From: Gammaproteobacteria bacterium
GTDB lineage: Bacteria > Pseudomonadota > Gammaproteobacteria > UBA4575
Assembly (NCBI GenBank): GCA_965222615.1
Contig: CBDCUI010000007.1
Coordinates: 64,001 to 128,000 of the forward strand
Direction: 5' to 3'
DNA: 64,000 nucleotides
Part shown: one piece after another, positions 42,049 to 51,554 of the stretch
Layout: each line of letters begins with the position of its first letter
Numbering within the stretch: position 1 is the stretch's first letter
Translations under genes and position numbers: made by a program
Notes under the pieces: generated by a model
The model's input: only the letters and a program-made list of their open reading frames with translations
Databases searched by the model: none
Told to the model about the DNA's origin: nothing

Positions 42049-44145
42049 ATGAACCAAGCTAAAAATCACCTCGCCAATCAAACCAGCCCTTATTTGCTCC
42101 AGCATGCAGACAATCCTGTGGAATGGTATCCATGGGGAGAGACCGCGCTGCTACGTGCAAAAAATGAAAACAAACCTATTTTGCTTTCAATTGGGTACTC
42201 TGCATGCCATTGGTGTCATGTAATGGCGCACGAGTCATTTGAAGATGAAGCCACAGCTAAGTTAATGAATGAATTGTTTATCAACATTAAAATTGACCGC
42301 GAAGAACGCCCCGATATCGATAAGATATATCAAACCGCGCAGTTTTTGCTTACTCAACGTAGCGGTGGTTGGCCACTCACTATGTTTTTAACACCTGAAA
42401 ATCAAATGCCTTTTTTTGGTGGTACTTATTTCCCTAATGAAGCTCGGCATGGCCTACCACCCTTTAAAGATTTATTGCAGCATATCTCAGACTTTTACCA
42501 AACACGGCGAGAAGAGATCGATAACCAAAATCAATCCATGCATAATGCGTTACAACAAATTTATGCGCCTACTTACACGGAAGTAAATTTACCTACAAAC
42601 ATATTAAAACGTTGCACTCAACATTTGGAACAAGCTTTCGATGCTGAACATGGGGGTTTTGGAAATGCACCAAAGTTCCCGCATCCTCAAAATCTCGAAC
42701 GCCTATTGCGCTATTACGCACAAACGAGGCTTATTGATGAAGATAACCCTCGTGCACTACACGTTGCAATTTTCACCTTAGAAAAAATGGCGGCAGGAGG
42801 AATTTACGATCATCTAGGCGGTGGTTTCAGTCGTTACTCAATAGATAACTATTGGATGATTCCGCATTTTGAAAAAATGCTGTATGACAATGGCCCGTTA
42901 CTTGCCTTATATGCTCAAGCTTTTGCCTTAAACTATGCAGAACAATTTAAACAAGTATGCGAAGGCACTGCTGATTGGGTAGTACGCGAAATGCAATCAC
43001 CTCAAGGCGGATATTATTCCTCTCTAGATGCAGATTCTGAAGGAACCGAGGGTAAGTTTTATGTGTGGACGCAATCTGAAATTCAAAATGCGCTCACTGT
43101 TGAAGAATATGCAGTTTTTGCCCAATATTTTGGTATCGATCGCACTGCTAATTTTGAAGGGAGTTATCACCTTCATACCTTTGTAAGTGAGGAAGAGTTA
43201 TGTCTTGCACAATCACTTAACTCGAAGGAGTTTAATGAACTACTAGCTAGCGCTAAACAAAAATTATTTGCCTTACGCGAACGACGTATTCGACCGGGGC
43301 GTGATGACAAAGTCCTTACCAGTTGGAATGCCTTAATGATTCGTGGCATGGCAATAACTGGACGGATTCTACACCAACAAGAATATATAGATTCTGCCGA
43401 ACAAGCGTTGAATTTTTTACACCAAACTATGTGGGTAAACCAGCGTTTGTTTGCAACATATAAAGATGGTAAAGCTCATCTGGATGCATACCTCGATGAT
43501 TATGCATTTTTGTTAGATGCAATATTGGAAATACTGCAAGCTCGATGGCATACAGAGTATCTCAATTGGGCGTGTGAATTAGCCGATGTAATACTGGAAC
43601 AATTCGAAGATCAAGTCTTGGGAGGCTTTTATTTTACCGCAAGCGACCACGAGCAACTCATTCAACGACCTAAAACGTTTAGTGATGAAGCCACACCCTC
43701 TGGTAACGGTATCGCTGCTATGGCATTAGCACGATTAGGTTATTTATTAGGGGAAACAAAATATATAGACGCTCGTGATCGAGTTATAAAATTTGCCAGC
43801 CAAGTAATCAGTCAATCGCCTATGGGACATGCTAGTTTACTGCACGCTTATGAAGAACAAATAAACCTCCCACAAATTATTATTCTGCGCGGCCAACAAA
43901 ATGATTTAATTAAATGGCAACAAGCATGTACACATAGCTACGCACCTCATCGTTTAGCCTTTGCAATAACAAATGATACAGAAAATTTACCGCCTTCACT
44001 TGCAGAAAAAAAACACAAAAAATCGAGTCAGCAAAGAGTAACGGCATATGTCTGTCAAGGCATGCAATGTGATGCACCGATCGAAGAGTTTGAACTACTA
44101 CAAGAAGTATTAACTAAAACAAGTATTCATCCATCTAGCCATTAA
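42049..44145 (+). CDS. YyaL/SSP411-like thioredoxin-domain protein
   Basis: [31 protein letters not shown]. Confidence 0.93.
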   Translation: MNQAKNHLANQTSPYLLQHADNPVEWYPWGETALLRAKNENKPILLSIGYSACHWCHVMAHESFEDEATAKLMNELFINIKIDREERPDIDKIYQTAQFLLTQRSGGWPLTMFLTPENQMPFFGGTYFPNEARHGLPPFKDLLQHISDFYQTRREEIDNQNQSMHNALQQIYAPTYTEVNLPTNILKRCTQHLEQAFDAEHGGFGNAPKFPHPQNLERLLRYYAQTRLIDEDNPRALHVAIFTLEKMAAGGIYDHLGGGFSRYSIDNYWMIPHFEKMLYDNGPLLALYAQAFALNYAEQFKQVCEGTADWVVREMQSPQGGYYSSLDADSEGTEGKFYVWTQSEIQNALTVEEYAVFAQYFGIDRTANFEGSYHLHTFVSEEELCLAQSLNSKEFNELLASAKQKLFALRERRIRPGRDDKVLTSWNALMIRGMAITGRILHQQEYIDSAEQALNFLHQTMWVNQRLFATYKDGKAHLDAYLDDYAFLLDAILEILQARWHTEYLNWACELADVILEQFEDQVLGGFYFTASDHEQLIQRPKTFSDEATPSGNGIAAMALARLGYLLGETKYIDARDRVIKFASQVISQSPMGHASLLHAYEEQINLPQIIILRGQQNDLIKWQQACTHSYAPHRLAFAITNDTENLPPSLAEKKHKKSSQQRVTAYVCQGMQCDAPIEEFELLQEVLTKTSIHPSSH

Positions 44146-44150
44146 ATTCT

Positions 44151-44912
44151 ATGAATAGTGCCCCAATGAACACTGGCCGAGGCATATTGCGATTATTGCA
44201 TTTAATCGCGCATATCTTTAAAGGTTTATTTGTATCGTATACTCGATTACATGGTACACAGAGTCATGACCTCACTGATGCGCAGCATGAAATTATTCAA
44301 ACTTGGTTACACCGTTGTGCAGAAATTATCGGTATCGATATTCAAGTTCACGGTGAACCTGCTACCCCACCTGCATTTATTGTTGCCAACCACATTTCTT
44401 GGTTAGATATTTTAATTATCTCTTCGGTGTTACCGGTTTCATTTTTATCTAAGGCCGAGGTACGTAACTGGCCTGTAATAGGTACACTTGCCGCCAAGGC
44501 CGGTACTTTATTTATCCATCGTGGCTCTAAAAACGGGGCTGCTGAAGCAATTGAATTAATGCAGATTAAATTAAAAGCCGGACATAGCGTAGCTTCCTTT
44601 CCGGAAGCTAAAACCACTCACGGCACTGAAGTGCATACATTTCACCCACGTCTGTTCGCTGCTGCAATCGAAACAGACACACTTGTACAGCCTGTTGCCT
44701 TACGGTATCCACATGACAATGACGGCGCACACCCACATGTACCTTACATCGACGAATCAAATTTAATCAGACATGCGTTTCAGATTATGTGTGCAGACAC
44801 AACTGCGGCAGAAGTAACCTTGTGCACACCCATTAGTAGTGTTGGAAAAATGAGGAAACAATTATCGCAGTCCGCAAGAGCTACAATTGCTGACGTTGTA
44901 GTAAAAAGCTAA
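44151..44912 (+). CDS. Lysophospholipid acyltransferase (PlsC family)
   Basis: NHISWLD, FIHR, FPE motifs. Confidence 0.9.
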   Translation: MNSAPMNTGRGILRLLHLIAHIFKGLFVSYTRLHGTQSHDLTDAQHEIIQTWLHRCAEIIGIDIQVHGEPATPPAFIVANHISWLDILIISSVLPVSFLSKAEVRNWPVIGTLAAKAGTLFIHRGSKNGAAEAIELMQIKLKAGHSVASFPEAKTTHGTEVHTFHPRLFAAAIETDTLVQPVALRYPHDNDGAHPHVPYIDESNLIRHAFQIMCADTTAAEVTLCTPISSVGKMRKQLSQSARATIADVVVKS

Positions 44913-45409
44913 CCTAAGGCTTGTAGTGCTGCCTCATAATCTGGCTCATGGGCAATCTCATCTACAAGCTCGGTATACACAACGGAATTGTCTTGGTCTA
45001 ACACAACGATTGCACGTGCAGTAATGCCTGCAAGTGGACCATCCTCAATAAGCACACCGTAATCAGTAGCAAAATCTTTACTACGCATTACAGATAACGG
45101 AATTACATTTTCTATCTCTTCTGCACCACAAAAACGTGACATGGCAAAAGGCAAATCTGCTGCAATAACTAAGATAACAGCATCCTCATGTTCATTTGCA
45201 TAATCCTCAAATTTTTTAGTAGAAGTTGCACAAACAGGTGTATCCAAACTTGGAACAATACTTAATATTTTTTTCTTGCCAGGGAAAGATGAAAGCGAAA
45301 CATTTTCAAGATCTTTATTTACTAACACAAAGTCAGGAGCAGCCGCACCAATTTCAGGAAGGTTCCCATTAGTGTTAATATCATTTCCCTGTAATGTAAT
45401 TGTCGCCAT
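44909..45409 (-). CDS. tpx: Thiol peroxidase
   Basis: PSLDTPVC, DLPFAMSRFC, EPDY. Confidence 0.95.
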   Translation of the reverse strand: MATITLQGNDINTNGNLPEIGAAAPDFVLVNKDLENVSLSSFPGKKKILSIVPSLDTPVCATSTKKFEDYANEHEDAVILVIAADLPFAMSRFCGAEEIENVIPLSVMRSKDFATDYGVLIEDGPLAGITARAIVVLDQDNSVVYTELVDEIAHEPDYEAALQALG

Positions 45410-45534
45410 TTGTTATTCTCTGAAGATAAAGTTTATTTTCTGATCATTTAAATTTTAAAAAACTATTTGTATGCACAAAGTATGTTACTAACATCTTTGC
45501 TTAATCGAGTTGTTAGTGTTGTGTATCACATAAG

Positions 45535-45915
45535 CTAAATATAAGAGTCATATTGGCTTGCATTCATCAGGCTGTCAATTGCCGATTTATCATGTATAGC
45601 AACTTTACATATCCATCCGCCCTCATATGGTACACCGTTAATTAGTTCTGGAGAATCGGGTAAATCTTCATTAATTTCAATGACTTTTCCACTTACAGGC
45701 ATGTGGATATCCGATGCGGTCTTGACTGATTCCACCACCGCACACGCTTGTCCAGCTTCATATTCATTATTTAATTCAGGTAATTCTACATAAACAATAT
45801 CGCCTAATTCAGATTGGGCATAATCTGTCATTCCTATCTTGGCTATATTGTCTGATTCCAACAATAACCAGATATGTTGCTCTGAATAAATACGATCGTT
45901 TGGAGTTTCGTTCAT
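45535..45915 (-). CDS. gcvH: Glycine cleavage system H protein
   Basis: GMTDYAQSELGD, VESVKT lipoyl lysine. Confidence 0.93.
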   Translation of the reverse strand: MNETPNDRIYSEQHIWLLLESDNIAKIGMTDYAQSELGDIVYVELPELNNEYEAGQACAVVESVKTASDIHMPVSGKVIEINEDLPDSPELINGVPYEGGWICKVAIHDKSAIDSLMNASQYDSYI

Positions 45916-46009
45916 GTTGTTATCCCTTTTTTAGAATTTTATTTATGTAAAGAATAATCAAACGAATTACATTATAATTTAGATGATAATTTTTTATAAA
46001 TACAAAATA

Positions 46010-46444
46010 ATGCATAAAAAAATATTTATATTAGTAATTGTATTGCTCACATCATGTACACAAGAACAACCTAGTGAAATTATTATACAAGATGCTTGGA
46101 TTCGTGAAGCCCCCCCTAACGCATCAGCAATGGCTGGTTATTTAACAATCACTAACTCAACTGAACAAGATCGTATTCTAACTTTTGCTAAAAGCAACCA
46201 TTTTAATGCAGTTGAAATCCATCGCACTATTGTCAAAGATGGTGTGGCAAAAATGCGTCGCTTTGACGAGCTCACTATTCCTGCAGGAAAATCGCTTGAG
46301 TTTAAACCTGGTGATTTTCACTTAATGCTGATGAGTCCCAAGGTTAAGCTCAAGATCAACGATGAAGCCACCGTAACACTTTGTATTTTAATGGATGACA
46401 AAATTGAAGAATTTGATGTTGTCATGCCGGTAAAAAAACCATAA
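46010..46444 (+). CDS. PCu(A)C copper chaperone, lipoprotein
   Basis: DAWIRE, AGYL, EIH...KM...PG.FHLML; lipobox LTSC. Confidence 0.88.
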   Translation: MHKKIFILVIVLLTSCTQEQPSEIIIQDAWIREAPPNASAMAGYLTITNSTEQDRILTFAKSNHFNAVEIHRTIVKDGVAKMRRFDELTIPAGKSLEFKPGDFHLMLMSPKVKLKINDEATVTLCILMDDKIEEFDVVMPVKKP

Positions 46445-46559
46445 ACCGAGCCTTAACCTTAATTATTATCTGGGTATATTCATCTCTAAGACCTTCTAAA
46501 TCCTGTATCATTCGCCTAAAGAATAATTCACATCTGAATCATGCAGTAATTGCAACTGC

Positions 46560-47291
46560 TTGATTAAAAATCGATTGGTGCATGCCTTGAATGATTTTTC
46601 ACAAGCTTTTCTAAAAGCGTTTCAACTTATTGTGCAATTGGACCCAAACCTTTTAGAGATCATTGGGCTATCACTGCGGGTCAGTTTAACTGCGGTTGGT
46701 ATTGCTAGTTTAATTGGTTTGCCATTAGGGGCAGCACTTGCTTTGTATAAGTTTCCAGGCCGAGGATTGATTGTGGCATTGCTAAATGCCTTTATGGGCT
46801 TACCGCCAGTAGTAGTAGGGCTAGTAGTATATTTAATCTTGTCGCGTTCTGGACCACTTGGAGTGCTTGGGTTGTTGTTTACCCCAACAGCCATGATCAT
46901 TGCGCAGGTGTGCCTAATTACTCCCATTATCGCGGCCTTAACCCGTCAAACCATTCAAGATGCCAATCAAGAATACCATGAGCAACTCCGTGCTTTAGGC
47001 GCTAAAGCTTCTCGCATGATGAAAACGCTGTTGTGGGAAACGAGGTACAGTTTAATGACCGGAGTATTTGCAGGTTTTGGCCGCGCTATTGCAGAAGTCG
47101 GCGCAGTATTAATCGTTGGCGGCAATATCAATCATGCAACACGTGTAATGACGACCGCCATTGCTTTAGAAACACGCAAAGGTGATATTGAATTAGCCTT
47201 AGCACTTGGCATTATTCTAATAACAATTTCATTAATCGTAACTTCACTTGTAATGAGTGCTAGACATGCTGCATACCAGTTTCACAGTTAG
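46560..47291 (+). CDS. tupB: Tungstate ABC transporter permease
   Basis: MGLPPVVVGL, FGRAIAEVGA..IVGGNI..TRVMTTAI. Confidence 0.9.
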   Translation: MIKNRLVHALNDFSQAFLKAFQLIVQLDPNLLEIIGLSLRVSLTAVGIASLIGLPLGAALALYKFPGRGLIVALLNAFMGLPPVVVGLVVYLILSRSGPLGVLGLLFTPTAMIIAQVCLITPIIAALTRQTIQDANQEYHEQLRALGAKASRMMKTLLWETRYSLMTGVFAGFGRAIAEVGAVLIVGGNINHATRVMTTAIALETRKGDIELALALGIILITISLIVTSLVMSARHAAYQFHS

Positions 47292-48021
47292 TACTAACGA
47301 TATAACTGCACTACCCTTGCATGTGAGTCAGCTATATGTTTCCAAACAAGGAAACATATTGTTAAATGATATCAATATCTCTATTGAATCAAATGATATA
47401 ACGGTAATACTGGGGCCAAATGGTGCAGGTAAAAGTCTACTGTTACGTGCCGCCCACGGTTTAGAGTCACCCAGTAAAGGTTCTTTACTATGGAACACAC
47501 ACATCCCTCAGCCACAACAACCTTGGCGTGCCTATATTTTTCAAAAACCGATATTATTACGCCGCAGCGTGCGCGCCAATCTTGAATATGTGTTGTCCTT
47601 ACATGGCAAAAATAAATCTAGCTACTCTTCCCTAATTAGTGATGCATTAGAACACACAGGTTTATCACAATTGGCTGAACGTAATGCACGCGTTTTATCT
47701 GGAGGTGAACAGCAACGCCTCAACATCGCTCGCGCCTGGGTACTGCAACCCAAAGTGATACTGTTTGATGAACCCACGGCCGAACTCGACCCAAATGGCA
47801 CGGCGGCAATAGAATGCTTGATCGAGACAATCGCTCAACAAGGCACTAAAATAATCATGACCACGCATGATTTAGGCCAGGCACATAGACTTGCCAATGA
47901 CATATTATTTTTACATCAAGGAAAAGTAGTAGAGTACACATCTGCTAAAGTATTCTTTGAACAACCACAAACTAAAACTGCAGAAAATTTTATAGCAGGA
48001 AAATTATTAAACGGAGAATAA
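47257..48021 (+). CDS. tupC: Tungstate ABC transporter ATPase
   Basis: GPNGAGKS, LSGGEQQR, DEPT; between tupB and tupA. Confidence 0.85.
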   Translation: MLDMLHTSFTVSTNDITALPLHVSQLYVSKQGNILLNDINISIESNDITVILGPNGAGKSLLLRAAHGLESPSKGSLLWNTHIPQPQQPWRAYIFQKPILLRRSVRANLEYVLSLHGKNKSSYSSLISDALEHTGLSQLAERNARVLSGGEQQRLNIARAWVLQPKVILFDEPTAELDPNGTAAIECLIETIAQQGTKIIMTTHDLGQAHRLANDILFLHQGKVVEYTSAKVFFEQPQTKTAENFIAGKLLNGE

Positions 48022-48027
48022 AAAAAA

Positions 48028-48870
48028 ATGAACAGGATTTCGTTAATAGTTATTACTCTATTGCTTTGCTTAAGTATGAGCACTGGATTTGCAGAAGAAC
48101 AACCTTTTATCACTCTTTCTTCTACTACTTCTACTGACAACTCAGGCCTGTTGGAGTATTTAATTCCTAAGTTTCGCAATAAAACAAGTATAAATGTGCG
48201 CGTAATTGCTGTCGGTACCGGACGCGCATTGAAACTTGGTGAACGTGGAGATACAGACTTGGTCCTGGTGCATCACAAAGCTTCAGAAGAAAAATTCGTA
48301 GAGAAAGGCTTTGGTATCGACCGCCGCGACGTGATGTATAACGATTTTGTAATCATCGGCCCAAAGAATGACCCGGCTAATATCAAACCTCTTATTAAAG
48401 CGGTTGAGGCTTTTAAAAGAATACATGCCCATCAAGTACCTTTTATTTCACGTGGTGATGACAGCGGTACTCACAAAAAAGAGCTTGAATTGTGGTCGTT
48501 AGCCAAAATAAACATACAACAATATAGCGGCACGTGGTACCGCGAAGCCGGTGCCAGTATGGGAGCTACTCTGAATATCGCCAACGCTATGAATGCTTAC
48601 GTACTTACCGATCGAGGCACTTGGTTATCCTTTAAGAATCGCGATGATCTCAGCTTACTTTTTGAGAATGATCCACCTCTATTTAACCAATACGGTGTCA
48701 TTTTAGTAAACCCTGAACGCCACCCACACATAAAGCACAAAGAAGCTAAACTATTTTCCGATTGGTTAGTTTCTAGTGAAGGCCAACAAGCCATTGCTGA
48801 CTTTACCTTAGAAGGCCAACAACTGTTCTTTCCAAATGCAAATCAAAATATCGCCGTCACACACAAATAA
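48028..48870 (+). CDS. tupA: Tungstate ABC transporter substrate-binding protein
   Basis: STTSTDNSGLL, GTG.AL, SRGDDSGTH, DRGTW. Confidence 0.9.
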   Translation: MNRISLIVITLLLCLSMSTGFAEEQPFITLSSTTSTDNSGLLEYLIPKFRNKTSINVRVIAVGTGRALKLGERGDTDLVLVHHKASEEKFVEKGFGIDRRDVMYNDFVIIGPKNDPANIKPLIKAVEAFKRIHAHQVPFISRGDDSGTHKKELELWSLAKINIQQYSGTWYREAGASMGATLNIANAMNAYVLTDRGTWLSFKNRDDLSLLFENDPPLFNQYGVILVNPERHPHIKHKEAKLFSDWLVSSEGQQAIADFTLEGQQLFFPNANQNIAVTHK

Positions 48871-48875
48871 CTTTT

Positions 48876-49469
48876 ATGTGGGAACCGAGATTAGAATTCT
48901 CTGAAACCAAGCATCTATGTAAAGTAACCATCAATCAAAACAACCAGCCCATGACCTTCAGCGAAGTTTTAGAGAGTTGGAAGTCCAATGCTGAGTTTAG
49001 AGAATTTTACATTTTGTTACTCAGCGACATGCCTTATGCAGCAGTGTTTTGGGAAATCCCGCCAATCACAAAAGCGACGATCTCAAAGCCTTACGAATTT
49101 GTTGCAGCGGATAGTCCAAGCCTTGTAGGTGTCCCACCCAATTCAACCGCGTTTGAACAATATTTTAAAACTGCAACAAACCATGAAACCGTTGTTAGCT
49201 TTGCAAACTTAGGTAACGATGCTTGGCTAATCGCGCCATGCCCCATAGACTCGCATAACATATACACACACTTAGTTAAGTTCCTACGCGAAGCCCCAAA
49301 CGAACAATGCCATGAATTTTTTTGTAAACTAGGAATGGAAATTGAGAATAAATTAAGCGATGAACCATTATGGATCAGCACCTCCGGCCTAGGCATCTAC
49401 TGGCTCCACGCAAGACTCGATTCCTATCCGAAGTACTATACCTATTCACCTTACAAAACATTTAAATAG
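48876..49469 (+). CDS. Conserved hypothetical protein (DUF6940-like)
   Basis: FANLGNDA.LIAP, WISTSGLGIYWLHARLDSYPKYY. Confidence 0.65.
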   Translation: MWEPRLEFSETKHLCKVTINQNNQPMTFSEVLESWKSNAEFREFYILLLSDMPYAAVFWEIPPITKATISKPYEFVAADSPSLVGVPPNSTAFEQYFKTATNHETVVSFANLGNDAWLIAPCPIDSHNIYTHLVKFLREAPNEQCHEFFCKLGMEIENKLSDEPLWISTSGLGIYWLHARLDSYPKYYTYSPYKTFK

Positions 49470-49481
49470 CTTGTCCCAAAT

Positions 49482-49562
49482 CGCAAGAAGTGGCAGATAT
49501 GCTCCTGCAATTTCTGCATTCCCACCTTCCGTAGTGGTCGAACGTTCAGTTCATTAAATAAC
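49482..49562 (+). repeat. Partial copy of the RT-flanking repeat end, interrupted by a 48-nt palindromic insert
   Basis: CGCAAGAAGT[48 nt]GAACGTTCAGTTCATTAAATAAC versus CGCAAGAAGTGAACGTTCAGTTCATAAATAAC at 51108. Confidence 0.75.
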
Positions 49563-49563
49563 C

Positions 49564-49589
49564 GCGAAAAGAAGTTTTTTCGCTTTTTT
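49564..49589 (+). terminator. Intrinsic terminator-like hairpin
   Basis: GCGAAAA...TTTTCGC followed by TTTTTT. Confidence 0.55.
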
Positions 49590-49719
49590 AGAAGCTGTCA
49601 TTGAATTGATCATTAGACATATGTCCAAAATTAAGGATATTGACCCTATGTAGGCTATAAATTTCGAGCATTTGCCCTAACTTCTGTAATAGAAATTTAA
49701 TTTTTATAGGAGAAGGCAA

Positions 49720-50283
49720 ATGAACGAAAACGGATCAAATTTTCCAATTTGGGTCAAATGGACTCATCTTGGGTTAGCTTTTTTTGGCATCATCGCATAC
49801 CTTACAGGCGAATTAGCAGAATACTCAAATAGCTATGGTTATTTGTTACATGCCTATTTAGGCATGACTCTATTACTGTTTCTAATAAGTAGATTCCTAT
49901 ATGGCTTCTTGGGTCAAAACATATACCGATTTTCTAATTGGTTCCCTTATAAGTTGTCATATTTAGTTTCGATTAAGGAGGATTTACAGGAACTCGCAAG
50001 GTTTAAGTTACCAAAGCGGCAAGACCATCGTGGCCTGGCTGGTTTAGTCCAAGCATTTGGATTGGTAATATTCAGCTGGATGGCCATTACTGGAACCATT
50101 ATGTTTGTTACTAATGCAAATGATGATTCCGCCCTGTCTGAGCTACACGAGGTAGGAGAAGGACTTATTCCTTTGTTTTTAGGACTTCATTTGGGAGCAG
50201 TTGCTCTACATGTGATTTCTGGCCACAATCTTTTATCCAAAATATTACCCACGCGTAACAAAAAGAAAGAAAGCACCACTTGA
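49720..50283 (+). CDS. Cytochrome b/b6-like membrane protein
   Basis: Four TM helices with heme His (WTH, LLHAYLG, ELHE, LHLGAV); AGGAG RBS. Confidence 0.85.
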   Translation: MNENGSNFPIWVKWTHLGLAFFGIIAYLTGELAEYSNSYGYLLHAYLGMTLLLFLISRFLYGFLGQNIYRFSNWFPYKLSYLVSIKEDLQELARFKLPKRQDHRGLAGLVQAFGLVIFSWMAITGTIMFVTNANDDSALSELHEVGEGLIPLFLGLHLGAVALHVISGHNLLSKILPTRNKKKESTT

Positions 50284-50753
50284 GTAATTGGCAGTCCTCT
50301 ATAAATTACATACCGGCTGTAGTGCTGGGGATTGCTAGTGCATTTTTCTTATATGACATTATTACTGATGTGATGAAAGGTAATGAGAGCACCACTCATT
50401 TAGTTATTGAAGGTTTTATATTTTTAGCAACCTCAGCTGTTCTCACTCATGAGGTGTTAAGAGTAATACAACTAAAAAAAAATTTAAGACAGGAACAAAA
50501 TAAAGTTGCACGACTCTCAGGTGAATTAAGTAGTGTTATTCAAAAAGATTTTAGAGACTGGAAGCTTACTGAGAGTGAAAAGGAAGTGGCCATCTTGCTA
50601 ATTAAAGGGTTATCGATGAATGAAATTGGGCAATTACGAGGTGTAAAAGAAAAGACCGTGCGTCAGCAAGCAACAAGTATCTATACAAAATCAAAGTGCC
50701 CAAATCGGCACGAATTAGCAGCTAAATTCATTGAGGATTTGCTAAATATATAA
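50280..50753 (+). CDS. Membrane-anchored LuxR-type HTH regulator
   Basis: Two N-terminal TM helices, then LTESEKEVAILLIKGLS..EI...R..KEKTVRQQ. Confidence 0.88.
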   Translation: MSNWQSSINYIPAVVLGIASAFFLYDIITDVMKGNESTTHLVIEGFIFLATSAVLTHEVLRVIQLKKNLRQEQNKVARLSGELSSVIQKDFRDWKLTESEKEVAILLIKGLSMNEIGQLRGVKEKTVRQQATSIYTKSKCPNRHELAAKFIEDLLNI

Positions 50754-50838
50754 ATCTCAATAAGCCCGCTATTGGCCGAATAGCAGACATTAACTATCAG
50801 CTTTGTAAATTACTACCAGTCTCAAACAGAATATATTA

Positions 50839-50940
50839 CTACTGATTCTTTTCTTTTTTCTTCTTAGCAACAAACATCCAAACCGTAATAACAAATCCTA
50901 CGAGTATGAGATAAATAGTCCACTCAATTATTTCAGCCAT
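50839..50940 (-). CDS. 33-aa single-TM peptide (below ORF-track cutoff)
   Basis: MAEIIEWTIYLILVGFVITVWMFVAKKKKEKNQ*, preceded by AGGAGGGGTT. Confidence 0.6.
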   Translation of the reverse strand: MAEIIEWTIYLILVGFVITVWMFVAKKKKEKNQ

Positions 50941-51107
50941 AACCCCTCCTCTTAGCTAAGGCATTACTTTAACATATTGCAAATTCTTCGATTAATACTA
51001 TTTCTCAATGATCAAATTAAAGAAAATGCTAGATGCTTGTTTTTGCAACGAAAAGGGATCAGGTCCTTTTTCCACTTTATAAAAAATTTGAGTAGTTTAC
51101 TCCAGAC

Positions 51108-51369
51108 CGCAAGAAGTGAACGTTCAGTTCATAAATAACATTCATCGGGTTTATTTGTTCATTTTCTTTGCTTGTCCAAAGCCTTAATTAAATGAACTAG
51201 GGGAACCAAAAGAAAAGACACCCTACCAACTTGTCCTTCGGATTCGTTCACGACATCGAGTAACGTTGGCCGGCATAATGACGCCATCCAGGCGCAACAT
51301 GCCTAAAACGACCATCCCTGGTCGTTTTACCTATTGTTCCTTTCGATGTCACTCACCAAGTTGGATGGG
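51108..51369 (+). repeat. Structured ~260-nt intergenic element, left copy
   Basis: Shares GCAAGAAG.GAACGTTCAG, GTTCATTTTCTTTGCTTGTCCAAAG and GAACCAAAAGAAA.GACACCC with the reverse complement of 53272-53519; nested stems with ATCC loops. Confidence 0.85.
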
Positions 51370-51554
51370 AGGATCTAAGAGCTGCTATATTTAGATTTCT
51401 ATGATCACTAATGACCCAAAAGCATACATAAACTAAATACAGTTTATTGTGAGTAATGAAGAAATATTTCTGAAAGGAAACCGGCTCAACGAGGCTGGAT
51501 AGTTTGATAAAGATTTATCAATGTTTTTAGAAGAACTAAATCTTCTTTTGTAGT

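Noticed and set aside
51108-51554. Canonical retron msr-msd upstream of the RT
   Set aside because: The RT lacks the retron NAxxH and VTG signatures and has Abi-type motifs; the structured region also has an inverted homologue downstream, unlike a retron ncRNA
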